From Lama guanicoe (Eukaryota): 64,000 bases of DNA. The notes beneath the pieces are model-generated. The model was given only the letters and a program-made list of their open reading frames with translations. It was not told where the DNA came from and made no database searches. Location: contig MU054323.1 of assembly GCA_013239625.1 (NCBI GenBank), forward strand, positions 9,641,186-9,705,185. The letters run 5' to 3'. The translations under genes and the position numbers were made by a program. Positions 38,321-50,600 of this stretch are shown piece after piece. How positions within the stretch are numbered: the stretch's first letter is position 1; each line of letters starts with the position of its first letter.

Positions 38321-39270
38321 GGGAAGATAATGGTGCAACCTTGGGGAAGACCACGAACTGTGAGCCTCAGTGTTGCTTCTCCATTATTTCTTCCCATCGT
38401 GTTTCGTGGTATTGGAGCATCGTGCCTCACTTTTTCTCCTCAATCTACGTTATTCTGATGACTCTTTGTTCTGTCCTAAAACATGATTTGTCTTCCTTTC
38501 ATCTTTCTGTTCTGTCTTGTTGAGCTGATCTTTTTATAGTCTATTTCTTTTTATTCTGAGTCTTGGTCTATTTCTTTTTATTGTGACTTTCACTCATTTA
38601 TTTATTCATCCCATGTTTGATGAATGCCTGTTACCACAGGCAACATGCCAGCTGCTAGGGACATAGTAGAGAACAAGGAGGCCGGGTTTCATCGAGTGTA
38701 TGGTCTACTGGGGTTTTCCCTGTCCTTCTTTCTCTTTTTATTAATAAGGCTGTGATATTTGAAAATCATATTTTTTCTAGACATACTTTCCTGGTCACTT
38801 CTTCATTTTGTCTCTTACTTTTTCACTCCTTAACTAAGCTCTTCTTATCTTTAGTATATTGATTATAAGAAAATCACTTGCCCTCAGGAAGCTAAATCTG
38901 CTTAGTTACTCAGATTGGACAATGTTTTGCACATGTGTGCCTGCAGATCTTGCATCCTGTATACTCAGGAACACTGGCATCTGGATAACATTTGGGTTAG
39001 GAGAGTCCTAAACCAAGCCTCCTTTTACATCTGTGACTGGGAAGGGTTTTGGAGAACACTGGCCTGGTTAAACCAGTTGTCTCTTTGCCCCTTGAGAATA
39101 TTCAACCAATGAATGAAGACTTGTTGAGGGCCTTGTATATGCAGGACACCACCCTAAGTGCCATGGTGGGGAGGGGTTTGGAGGTGCCAAGATGGCAGGA
39201 AGAGAAAGGCCCTGTCTTTGCATGCAGGAGTGAGTGATGTAAGGTCACCATGGTGAAGGCCAGTAGGTAC

Positions 39271-39850
39271 TTTTCATGTTATTTTTCATTATAGACTACT
39301 AAATGGTATTGAATGTAGCTCCCTGTGCTATACAGTAGGGCCTTGTGGGTCTGGTTTCATGAAACAAGGTTTCATTTTCCTTGTAGTTCCAGTTATACAA
39401 AAATCTTCTGTCAAAGTTCAGTAGGTATTCTGTGAGAATTGTTTCACATGAAGATGTATTTTTTTAACACCTTTATTGTGGCATGGTACAGTAAACTACA
39501 CATATTTCAAATGTATAATTTGTTGAATTTTGATAAATGTATACACCCATGGAACTACCTCCTCAATCAAGATAGCTAACATTTCCATCACTCTCCAAGA
39601 GGTGCAGTTTTTGAATTCCCAATTTATCCCTTCCCATCCCCTTTAACCCATGGTAACCATAAGTTTGTTCTGTCTGTGAGTCTGTTTCTGTTGGGTAGGT
39701 AAGTTCATTTGTGTCCTTTTTTTAGATCTGACATATAAGCGACATCATATGGCATTTTTCTTTCTCCTTCTGGCCTCCTTCACTGTATTTTTGATGTGTT
39801 CATTGGAGAGGGTGAGCTCTGTGTCCTTCTATTCTGCTATCTTGAAGCCC
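39271..39850 (-). mobile_element. mosaic LINE-1 element (5'UTR start plus 3'UTR pieces)
   Basis: L1 5' start on minus (cttcaagatagcagaatag...acatcaaaaataca) at 39850-39784 and 39463-39404; 3'UTR pieces at 39271-39346 and 39603-39783; older L1 terminus at 39464-39602. Confidence 0.65.
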
Positions 39851-41954
39851 TTCCTCCATTCAGTTTTTTTAATGGGCTGATCATCCACCAAATTAAATTT
39901 ATGGAGTAATAATAGGTTGTGACCCTCAATTTGAAAAGTATTCTTCTGAGGCCAGTGTTGCTTTAATCCACAGAGGCTCTGGGGCCGAGGCTTGGTCTAG
40001 CACCCCCTTGTGGATTCTTGGACAACAGCAAACACTCAACTTTTTCAGTCACCAGCCTTCTGACCAAGGTGTGGACTGCTGTCCCTAAAAAAGATTTGAA
40101 TTCATGGGCCTGTGCCTTTCCCAAAAGGAACATCTGCTAATGTTTGCTAAAATCTGAAATGGAGCATCTTCCCTTCTCTAGGACATGTTCTCTTAGGACA
40201 TTTTAGTAGCAAAAATCAGAGAACAAAAGTTTATAAAGTTTTGGAGCTTGTCTCTGGCTTTTGATGAGTCCTTTGTCCCTTGTCTTCACAGCTGCTAACA
40301 GATCACACGGGTAATAGGTGCTAAGTAAGCTAACACATGGAAAGAGCACATCACAGAGGCTGACAAGTGTGCCCAAGAAATGTGCTCCTGCTGCCTCAGT
40401 TGCTGAGAATTCTTTGATACATTGTCAGAACTCAAAGATTTTTCTTTATCTAAGAGGGAATTAAGTCTGTACTATATATAACTGCCTCACATAGGTTAAA
40501 GATGTTTTTAAGTCATTTCTCAGTTTCTCTAAATGGAAAAGAGGTTAGAGATTGGTATGTGTGCCAGTCCGGTTGGGCCATGATGGTCTTGCAGAAAAGC
40601 AGAAAGACAGAGGTGAATACATGGATCACAGAGCCAGGCTATTTCTGCCCACACTTCCCACCCCTACCTCCAACTGGCCTGAGCATGAGTGGGGACCTGT
40701 CAACACTCATTCAGTCCAAGTAGGTTCAGGACTGCTCCCTCAAGCTGCTGGTGGCCTAGAGCTGGGTGCAATCTTAACATCCTTAAAGGGAGACAGCAGC
40801 TTTGGGTCTCCTGTTGAGCTTGTGAGCAGTTCAATGAAGATAACAGAAGCATCTATGCCTAAGGGGCCCCTGGAGACTTGCCTTCAGGTTTATTTCTTCT
40901 TCCTTCTGTGTGAGCCACTCCCTGACAGGCTCCAGGCCCAGCCGATGGCCAGCTGGGCTGGCTGTGTCAGCGCCTCCACACTCCTGGTGTGACCTGAGGC
41001 CTCTGTGCAGCCCTGAGGCGGCACCTTTGGCATAGCTAAATCAGTGGTCACCGGCAAGTCACGTTTTTCTGAGCAGATGAGAAAGGGAGACAACATTCAT
41101 ATCAGGGAGCCGGGAACAAAGGGCCACCCTTTTCCCCTTCAGTTTATACTTAAGACAACCCAGCTATAAGTGTAATTTTAAACAATTGAGAAGAATGTCA
41201 GCAGAGCAAGATCTGAGGTTGGGTAATAGAAACCAGCCCCAGACTCCTAGCTAGATCTCAGAAGCTAGTTTCTCTGTCCCGCTGCCATAAGGATGGCCAA
41301 AACGCAAGGATGATTTCAATATATTTGTTGTATTAACCGAAAGCAACTGTTCCTTGACAATTGCAGGAAGAAACTTCAATTTCGCCCTCAAGGATATTTG
41401 GTCACCCAGGCTTTAAACTCCAGTTCTGTCTGCCCAGGTTAGCCCCAGCCCAGCAGTCTTAGTTTGCCCCTAGAAAATAGCTGATACTATCAGATGAGTT
41501 CCACGGCTCACCTCTCTGGCTTGTATCGGTCAGTTCAACATGCAGACGATATATGTGTGGCACACACATCAGCCCAACAGTCCCAGCCACCCATGGCTCT
41601 GGGGGCGCCGTCAGAGAAAACCTCTCTGCTCCATGCAGACCAGGGAACCCAGCGGCGCTCCGGAGACACTGCGGGAACACATTTGAAGGCAAGAGAGCTC
41701 ACGTTTGGCGGTGGCATACTGGTTTACAGTTATTAGAAAGTACTTTCACTTTTATTATTTTAATGGCTTTTATTTCCATAGCTTACAGCAGAAAAGCTGA
41801 GGCTAAGCAAAGGGGCGCACCCAAGCTCTCACAGCTGTGACGGACCTGTGATTCCAGCTCAGTGTCTGCGATTTCCAGTCCCAACACGGGTCTTCTGGTA
41901 CCTTCGTCTAGAACATACCATCCGTCTTTGACCTATCTACCTTGAGAAATCTGC

Positions 41955-42134
41955 CTAAATGTTAATATTTATCATTTACAGCTGGCCACTGCCCTCTTTC
42001 AAAGGTGAACACAGTAAAATTTATGACAGGCACCCTATCAGACAACACAGGAGCATAAAACCAGAGGAAGAGTGATAGCCTGTCATCTGCGGAAAAGGTT
42101 CACCCAAGACGCAAGGCGCCTGGTGCGTTGTGGC
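41955..42134 (+). promoter_or_regulatory. PLB1 proximal promoter / 5'UTR with intestinal-type TF motifs
   Basis: HNF1-like GTTAATATTTATC 41961-41973; GATA cores at 41969-41974, 42035-42040 and 42073-42078; TCF/LEF TTCAAAG 41998-42004; CDX/HOX TTTATGAC 42020-42027; TATA-like CATAAAA 42054-42060, ~80 nt upstream of the ATG. Confidence 0.6.
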
Positions 42135-42189
42135 ATGGGGCTGCAGCCGCGCACCTTCCTTCTGGGGCTGCTGCTGCTTCTGGGGCAAG
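42135..42189 (+). CDS. PLB1: PLB1 coding exon 1, signal peptide MGLQPRTFLLGLLLLLGQ(G)
   Basis: ATG in strong Kozak context (ggcATGG), hydrophobic Leu run, donor CAAG|gtgagt at 42189/42190. Confidence 0.95.
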
Positions 42190-43019
42190 GTGAGTCTGCT
42201 TTTTGATTCACTGGACCAGTGAATCAACCCTGCTGGTGTCCCATGGAGCTTGGGAGAGAAGTGTGTCCTTTTCAGAAGGCACCGGTGAGCCCCAAGCGGG
42301 CTGGAATGCTGAGGCTTAAGTGCCCAAAGCTGTGGGGTGAGAGGCGGGTGTCGGGACAGGTGAGAAGCGCAGATGGGCAACAGCCATGTGGTGGAGAAGC
42401 AAACCCTGGGTGCAGGAGTCACAAAGACCCGGGTTCTAGTTCTCTGTGCTGTGGGGCCTTGGGCAAGTTCTACCTCCATGGACCTTGATTCTTAAAATGG
42501 AAATACTACGAGTGATAAGCACATGTCGATCATTAGGTGGGCTGTTTGCTTTTGCTAAAAGGACACAGGAAAGCAGATTTCAGGATGCTAAATTCTAAAG
42601 GATTGCGCACGTTCTTCAGTGCTACTGACCCTGACTGAAGTGAGTGAGTGACCAGCCAGGGCTTTGGGTTTCTCCTGAGCTAGTGGTTAGAAGACTGTGC
42701 CTCTGCCCCTCTTCTCCCGACCCCTGGCTCTTCCTTCCTCCATTCGTTCAGAAAGGCAGAATATCTTAAACTGAAAAGGGCCTCAGTAATTTTTTTATTC
42801 TCTCCACCTGAGAGGCCTGGGCCCAGAGTTAGAAAGGACTTGCCCTGCAGCCCCTAGAGGGAAAGGAGGAGGTGGGGACAGAGACCCGGGGGCTGACTGG
42901 GGTCCAAGTGCTACTTCTGCTGCTTACCTAGGGCCTGTCAGTCACCCTCGCTGAGTCTCTGGGTGGGGTGCAAGGTGGAGGGGGAAGGCCACACCTGCTC
43001 TGCTTACTGTGGGGGATTG

Positions 43020-46000
43020 CATCTTCCTGATTACTCATGAGGCTTAGGAACTTCTGTGTTTATTGACCATTTGAATTCCTCTTTTATGAAGTGCACGTTC
43101 AAGTGTGTTACCCATTTTTTCTATGGTTTGTCCTTTTTCCCACTGATTTTTTTTTAAGGAGCTTTTCAGTTTTGTTGGTATAACCAACAGATATCCTCTG
43201 TTCTGAAGCTTGTCTCTCCACTCTCTTTATGGAGACTTTAAGCGAGCAAGAGTCTTAATTTGGGGGCGGGGAAGAAATGGAGACCGCCCAGGTGGAACAA
43301 ATGGAGGCTGATTATTCAGAGGCTGCTATAGCGAGGGAGGCAGCCACCATCACTTGCATTTGGCAGAGACTCCAAGGCAGGTAGGAGAGTGGGAAAGCTT
43401 GATGGTGAAAAGCAGGAAGGCTTGGGGTCGGGGTGCTGTGATTGGCGCCTGTTGCTATGGGAAGCTAGCTGAAGGCGGCTAACTAGAAATGAGGCATCTT
43501 AGGTGATTTGTTTGGGGAAGATACTTGGCTTTCTCTGGTTGGTCCTGAGTTGGAAGCAGGGGAAAAAAACAGGGGAGCTGCAGTCCTGACTGTTCCAGGC
43601 TGATTGCCACAGGGAGCAGGGGTGGCGGGGGGGGGCTTCCTTGCCTGCCTACTCCTGTGGGTCAGAGTTCTAGTGTCCTCTCTGGTCTGGCCATTGTCTC
43701 TCTCTAGTCTCTCCATTTCTAAAAGTTTTTAACCTTTTCTGCTTTGAGCTCTTTATGTCTACTTTAAGACCTTATCTTCAGGATCCCAAGGCAGGAGATG
43801 TTATCCTATATTTCCTCCTAAAAACTACACATTTGCTTTTCTCACTTGGTTCTTTGTAAAGACATCTGGGACTGATTTTTGTGACTAGTGTAAGAGGAGG
43901 GCCCAATCTGATGTTTTTTCATGCAGATATCTGGTTGCCTCAGCACCATTTATTAAAAGTCAGTTGCTTCCTCACCGCTCTGAAGGGCCTCCTCTTTTCG
44001 TATATAGAGGATTCATATGGGCTTGCATCTGTTTTAAAACTCCATTCTGCTTTATTAGTCCCTCTGCTTATCCCTGTGCCAAAATTGCGTTGTCTTAATT
44101 CTATAGCTTTAGAGTAAGTTTTATTATTTGGGGAAAAACAAGTCTTTCTGTTTTGTTTTTCTTGAGAAATGACTTGGCTTTGAACTTCCATATAAATTTT
44201 ACTACTTGTCAATTTCTACTCCCCCCAAAAACCTGTTGAGCTTTTGATAGAAATTGCTTTTAATTCTATGAATCAAGTCGGGGAAGATAGAGTTTATAGT
44301 TTTCTCTGAGGCCTTGCATATATTTTGTTACATTTATTCTTAGCTATATAATATTTTTGTTGTCGGAGAAATGGAATGTTAAGTTGTTATTTTGAAAATG
44401 TTGTTGGTCTATAGAAATAAATTTTTTAAAATTTTGAACCAATTAAACTTATACATTTGAATAAGTTATCTGTATATCCTCTTGGATTTTCTGGACACAT
44501 AATCTGCCAAGAATGAGAATTTGGTTGCTCTCTTTTCAACCTGTGTACCTTTTCTTTCTTTTCCTCACATGCTGGCTGGTCCCTCCCCTACAATTTTTCA
44601 GGGAAGTGGTGGTTGGAGACATTCTTACTTTATTCCCAAGTTCAAAAGGAAAGTGTTGAGTGTTTCTTCAGTAAGAGTGGGCTTTTCTGTACATACTCTT
44701 TATGACACTAGGAAGGTTCTCTTTTATTCCTAATTTGCGAAGAGGTTTTAAAAAAAAAATCATGAGTGGGAGTTGAATTTTATCTAATACTTTCTCTGCA
44801 CTTACTGAGATGATTGCCTCATTTACTCCTTTAACCTGCTAATGTGGTGAATTAAATTCATTGACTTCATTCTTTTGTTCATTTTTTCAGCTGTAGCTTG
44901 TTAGAGTCACCAACGACCACACATTGCGTTTGCTTGTGCTGCCTCATTAACCCCTTTTAATCTAAATGGTTCTTTAGACTTTTTTCTTTTTTTCTTTATC
45001 CTATGTCCTTGAAAAACTGAAGCTGGCTTTTTTGGTGTGCATTTCAGTTTGGATTTGTCCAAACTGTTTCTCCATTACTAGAATCAGATAAAGCTCTTCA
45101 GGCAAAGAAGATTGTACTGTGTCCTTGATTTGCCACATTTGGGGATACAGGTGATATTAGCAAATATTAGCAAATATTTGAATTAGTGGTATTAAATTTG
45201 ATAATTTGCTTAAGGCAGTGTCTGCCAAATTTCTCCCTCATAAAAGTACCTTCGTCCATGTGATTTAAAAGTATGTGTAGGGAGATACTGTGATACCATG
45301 TGACTATTCTTGTACCCGATGGCTTTAGCATCTACTGATGATTCTTGCCTGAATTATTACCATAGTGAACATAGAATGGTGATTTTTAAATGTCTGTCAT
45401 TCCTTCTACTATTGTTAGTTGGTGTTCCTCCATAAAAATATTCCCTTCTCTTCCCATTCTTTTTTATATTAGAAAGATAAAACCTAAATGGACTTACGGG
45501 GGTTTTTATCAATCAGTATGTCATAATCCAGTGCTCTCATTATTAATTTTGATGCTCGACTTTTTACCAATTTGGCCAGTAGCATCCCCTTCAAGATGAC
45601 TCTGTTTCCTCATCAATTTTTAAGCACTTTTCTAACTTATTGGAACAAGTAATTCCAGGCTAATCTATTTTTCCCTACCCTAGCCGTACAGTTAGCAATA
45701 TCTTTAAAGTGCCAATTGATAGGGGATTTTATTTAGAAACCAAGATGCGGGTGCTAGGGGTGTTCTTTGCTGCTAACGTGTCATCATGTCTAAGCTCTCT
45801 CAGTGGACATAGCCAAGAAATACAGTTTTCTTTTTAAAAAGATGAATTTATACAGTTAGAATTAAGATTTTATCTTCTTCTCCTATTTCTGATTTGTATT
45901 GTCTTTATCCTACAGTGCATACCAGGGTTACAAAAACATTGATAAATTTATTCATTTGCTGAATCCTACAATACGTATAACACAATCCTGCAAGTAGTAC

Positions 46001-47400
46001 AACAATAAATTATTAATAATAATTAATACCACCACCACAAACAAATGAAGTTCAAAATTTCTTTGCTGGTTTTTTTTTTTTGTCTTTAGAATATATTCCC
46101 CTCAGGATGTATAATCAAAATACTTTGTTCGAAGTCACTTGGATTAATTCTTTTGCCTTTGTTCTCTCTGAATGGTTATGTTATCTATTTGACAAGTAGT
46201 TTGTATTCAGTTACAGAGTTTCTCCCATTCTTGTTGATTTTACTTTATTTTTTGAATATGTAAAACATTAACATAGATCCAAAGTCAAAACTATATGAAA
46301 AGATGGACTTGGAGAAGCCCATGCCCGTCCCCAGTCCTTCCATCCCATTTCCACCCATCCCTGTAGGTGACCAATTTCATTATTTTCATACCTTTCCTAT
46401 GTTTCCGTTTGCAAATATATGTTATTATTTTTAATTCCTTCTTACACAAAGATAATTTCCTGTAAACATTTTTGCATCTTGATTTTTTTTCATTTAACAA
46501 CATATCCTAAAATTACACTATATCTGTCCAGAGATCTTTTAATTTTTTTCCAACTGTAGGCTATTCCATTGTGTATCATGTATATTCAACCAGTCTCCCA
46601 ATGTGGGCATTTAGTTGTTTCCAGTATTTTGTTATTTTAAGTAAGGCTGTCATAAACAACCGTGTATATATGTCTTTTTCATGTTGTTGGAGGTGTAACT
46701 TAGTCTTTAGTCTTTTGTGAGTTAATCTTGCTCAGCATTTGTAGTGTGTCTTGAATCTGTGGCTTAATATCTTTTTCCAGTTTTAAAAATTTCCCAGCTA
46801 ATATCTCTTGAAATATTTGCTCCTACTCCATTATTTCTGTCTTTTCTTTCTGTAGTGTCGATTAAATGTTTGTTTTTCTCACTATGTGCCATGTCTCTTA
46901 GCCTCTCTTCCAACTTTACATCTTTTTGTCTTTCTATACTACATTCTGAGTAATTCATTATGACACACATCCTAGTTTGTGCATTTTTCCAGTTGTGTCT
47001 AATTTGCCATTAAACCTAGTCATTGAAGATTTTGAAAATTAGTTTTATTTTTTAAATTTAATTTACATTTCATTTTTTACCAAATTTGCATTGTTACTTT
47101 TAAAAATAATTTTGTGTTCCTATAAATATCCTCATTTGTCTCTTTTTTTTAAACATAGTAGTTTTATAATTTTTGCCAAATAATTTTAGGATCCAAAGTC
47201 TTTGATCTATTTCTGTTCTATTTTCTTCTGCTAATACTTGCTCCTGGATACCTTGTTTGTTTATGTGCTTGGTTTTTTTTTTTTAATGTGTGATGCTTTG
47301 GCTCCTTGAAAAATTACTTATGAGACTCTTTGAGGCTTAGAATGGAGATGCCTGTCTTCAGAGACTATATAAACATCATGTGCCAGGCACTTGGGACATT
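43020..47400 (-). mobile_element. cluster of old L1 fragments (L1M/L1MC/L1ME) in PLB1 intron 1
   Basis: AT-rich L1 ORF2 and 3'UTR homologies (cagcaccatttattaaaa, ctgctaatgtggtgaatt, ctattccattgtgtat). The subfragments recognised are antisense to PLB1. Confidence 0.7.
43261..43715. mobile_element. solo ERV LTR inserted in an old L1
   Basis: TG...CA-bounded GC-richer block (tgggggcgggg...tctctcca) with CCAAT-like gattgg, interrupting L1 sequence. Confidence 0.6.
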
Positions 47401-47464
47401 ACCATTTGAGGATCACTTCAGACTAAATTCATAGTGTGAGATTCCCTAGAACAGCCAAGCCCCA

Positions 47465-47650
47465 TGCTAAACACTGAGCATATAGAACAGCTTCCTTTTA
47501 AGAGGGATGTACTATTCTCCCCATTTTACAGATAAGAAAACTGAGACTCAGAAGTTAAATAACTTTTGCCCAAGCTCATCCAGCTAATTAAGCATAGGAG
47601 CCAGAATTCAGTCCTGAGTCTGAGTTGAGAGCCAGGGCCTTTCACCACCT
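47465..47650 (-). mobile_element. MIR SINE
   Basis: ccccattttacagataagaaaactgagactcagaagttaaataactt.gcccaag. Confidence 0.8.
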
Positions 47651-50600
47651 CCTCGCATTACAGTAGAGCCCAAGGGAGGAAAGAACCAAAATGGGGGCTT
47701 TTGCTTGAGCTTTTAAATGGGCTCAACAAAAGCCAGGTGAAAACAGGCTTCAGTTTAGAAAACTGAAACCTCACTATCTCAGAATACAATTGGCTAAAGC
47801 AAGTTGGCAAGGAATCTAATAAAATACAAGCTTTTACTAGAATTTCATTTTCCTGGCGTGGGTCAGAAGTTCCCCGGGAGACTGTCACGCCTGTGAGTGA
47901 AAACTCTTGCCTTGGTAACGCACCCATGCCAGGCCTGTCACTGCGAAACCGAAGGTGGGAACCGGGTAAACCCATTGTGTAAAGAAAGGAATGCCTCTTT
48001 CATTATTAGAACAAGGAAAGCTTGTCGAGGTTTATTTCACAAGGGCCTAGAGTCCTTCCTGGAGGTTGCCAGTCCAGCCTTCTAGAAATACTCTCTCCAC
48101 ATATCAGAGTAGAAAGCAGTGTTGATGAACTTCTTGTGGCCCAAGTCCTTCCAGTTCTGGACGGGGCTGAGGGGTGGGGGTGCGGGCAGGGAACTTGCTT
48201 GAGTCACCTGTGTAGCCGCTGGCAGAGTTCCATCCCTGGAACTCTGGTGTCAGACTCTCCTCTGCGTCAGATGCCTGAATCCCCACCCTGTCTCCACCCC
48301 TGCTGCAGCTCACACACTTGCCTCCAAATTCCTGTTCTGAGCAGCAAGCACAGGGGGATTTTTCTCTGGGGGCTCAGGAGCCCTGCTTTCCTGGGATGTC
48401 ATCTGCACCTTGTAGATTTTTAGGATTTTATTGTCAATCATCATTTTCATCAAGTTGCATTTTTGCTGCTGTCAGTTAACTGTCTGAGCACCCTTCTAAG
48501 AACCTGAGTTGGGCTGAGCCTGGCTGGGAGATAATAAACCAAATGTGAGGAACCCTCTGGGGAGAGAGAACTGATCTGCATAAAATCACTGGAGGAGAAT
48601 TAAGTACCAAAATAGGTGCAAGTAGCTGTAATAAAAGCAACAGGATTCGGAGAACTGGGAGATGAATGTGGGCTGGAGAAGTTTCACGTGGGAGGTGAAA
48701 CTCGATTGAGCGCTAGAGGATGTGTAGGATTAAGACAAAGCCGGAGGAACAGGGAGGGCATGCAGATGGGGGTACAACATACCCAAAAGCAAAGTCGGGG
48801 CTCAACATGGCGGAGTTGAGCAGCAGGGAGCAGGCCTGCTGGACTGGTGTGAGGGGTGGTATTGTAGGAGGTGATGACTTGGGTAAAGTGGGATTTTGAA
48901 ATCCCTAGATGAGAACAAGAGAGATTATCACGGGGTCTTTTGGCTTGAAGAAACTTCTAACATGATTTAATCCAAACCTTTTACTTTACATTTTAAAAAA
49001 CTGAGCCCTCTGGAGGTTAAGTGACCGGCTCAAGGTCATGTAGCAAGCCTAAAATTTGGAGTTGCTGTCGTGGGAAGTGGGAACTATTGAGGTTCTTCAG
49101 CGAGGAAATGTCCTAGTGCAAGGGGTATTTTGGGCAGAATGAGCCTGCTGGCTTCAGATATCAAAGGTCTTGAGTCAAAAGAGGCAACATGCTGGTGAAT
49201 CTGTGTGCCTGGCTCCAAGAAAGAGGCCCAGCAAGGAGTTTGCTGGGCTCTGGAGAGGCCAAGTGCTTTTCTTCTGAGTTAGGCATCAAGTTCCTCTTGC
49301 ATTCTTGCATCTCGGGGCGAAGCAGTGGTCCTCAGGCAATGCTCCCTTCTTCATGCCAGAACCTCCCAGCTGCCTCCAGGAGGAGACCTTCCTGATGGGG
49401 GAGACGTGAGGCCCCCACACATTTCCCTGTGATCCCCTTCCTGTTGGAGCTGGCTAATCATTGCTTCTGCTCCCATCCAGCTTTGGGGGGCCCTGGTCCC
49501 CTTTAAATTCTGGCCTATGGTGGCTGAGACAAAGCTGGAGTTAGAGTGATCATGGAGAATAATGGAGGAGGGGTCAGGTCTCTGACCTGCTACTGCCCAC
49601 GTGTCACTCAGTCACGTTCACCACGGGACCCTATTCTTTGGGTTGTTCCTTCCTGGCTCTGCCTCAGTTGTCCCTAAGAGGAAATCGACAAAAATATAAT
49701 CTAAAAGAGAAGCATTTCTTGTCTGAGGTCACGCAGTGAGCCAAGGACCAAACCCCAAGGCAACTTTGAATGTGCTTTCTCCTGGTAGCACTGCTCCCTA
49801 GAAGCTTCTTCCCTCCCTTGGGGTACAAAATGTATGATGTCGGGAGTTGGATGGGCATCAGAGATGGAGACAGGAGGGGGCACTTGTCTCTGTCTGGAAT
49901 GGAATCTGTAACAGCTGTCTCCCCGTGGTTGTCTGCACAAGACATGGCTATTTAAAGAATGGTGGTTTGGGACTTCCCAAATCATCACTAATTTTTTTTA
50001 TAATCTCATTAGAGTAGCAGTTGTGTCTACCCAAAAGTTGTCATTGTGTTAACCCTGCATCATTCTCTGATATCCTGATGATAAATCTGGATTGACTGAT
50101 GGGCAAGGGCAGCTGAAAATACTGTTCTTGTAGATGTGGGAAAGGAATACATTTCCATACGTTGGGAACTCAGGCTGTAGAACAGCACATATAACATAAG
50201 CCTTTGCAGGCCAGACTAGGTTAGGGAGGCTCGAGTTTCACATGTGGCCTTTAGTAACTTGCTGAGTGGTCTTTGGTGAGTTTGCTAACCTCTCTGGGTC
50301 TTAGTTTGCTGAGATATTAAACAAGATGGTCTCAAAGATCTACCCACCTCGGCCATTCTTGAATTCTAAGACAGAGGTCAGTCTAGCTACCGCAGAAAGA
50401 TTCTCTGGCCCTTGGGGTCACCTTCCCTGACTGTGCCATGTGACTACCGAGCACCATGCTGATGGAAGGACCCTAACAGCCTGTGCTCCTCAGAGCACCG
50501 CTGGTGCAGGAGCAGCACCCAAAATGCCCTGTGGTTTCTGACACAGCACCCACGGGTAGTCGTGGGCAGTGACAGCTCATAGGTCCACAGCAGCATCCCA

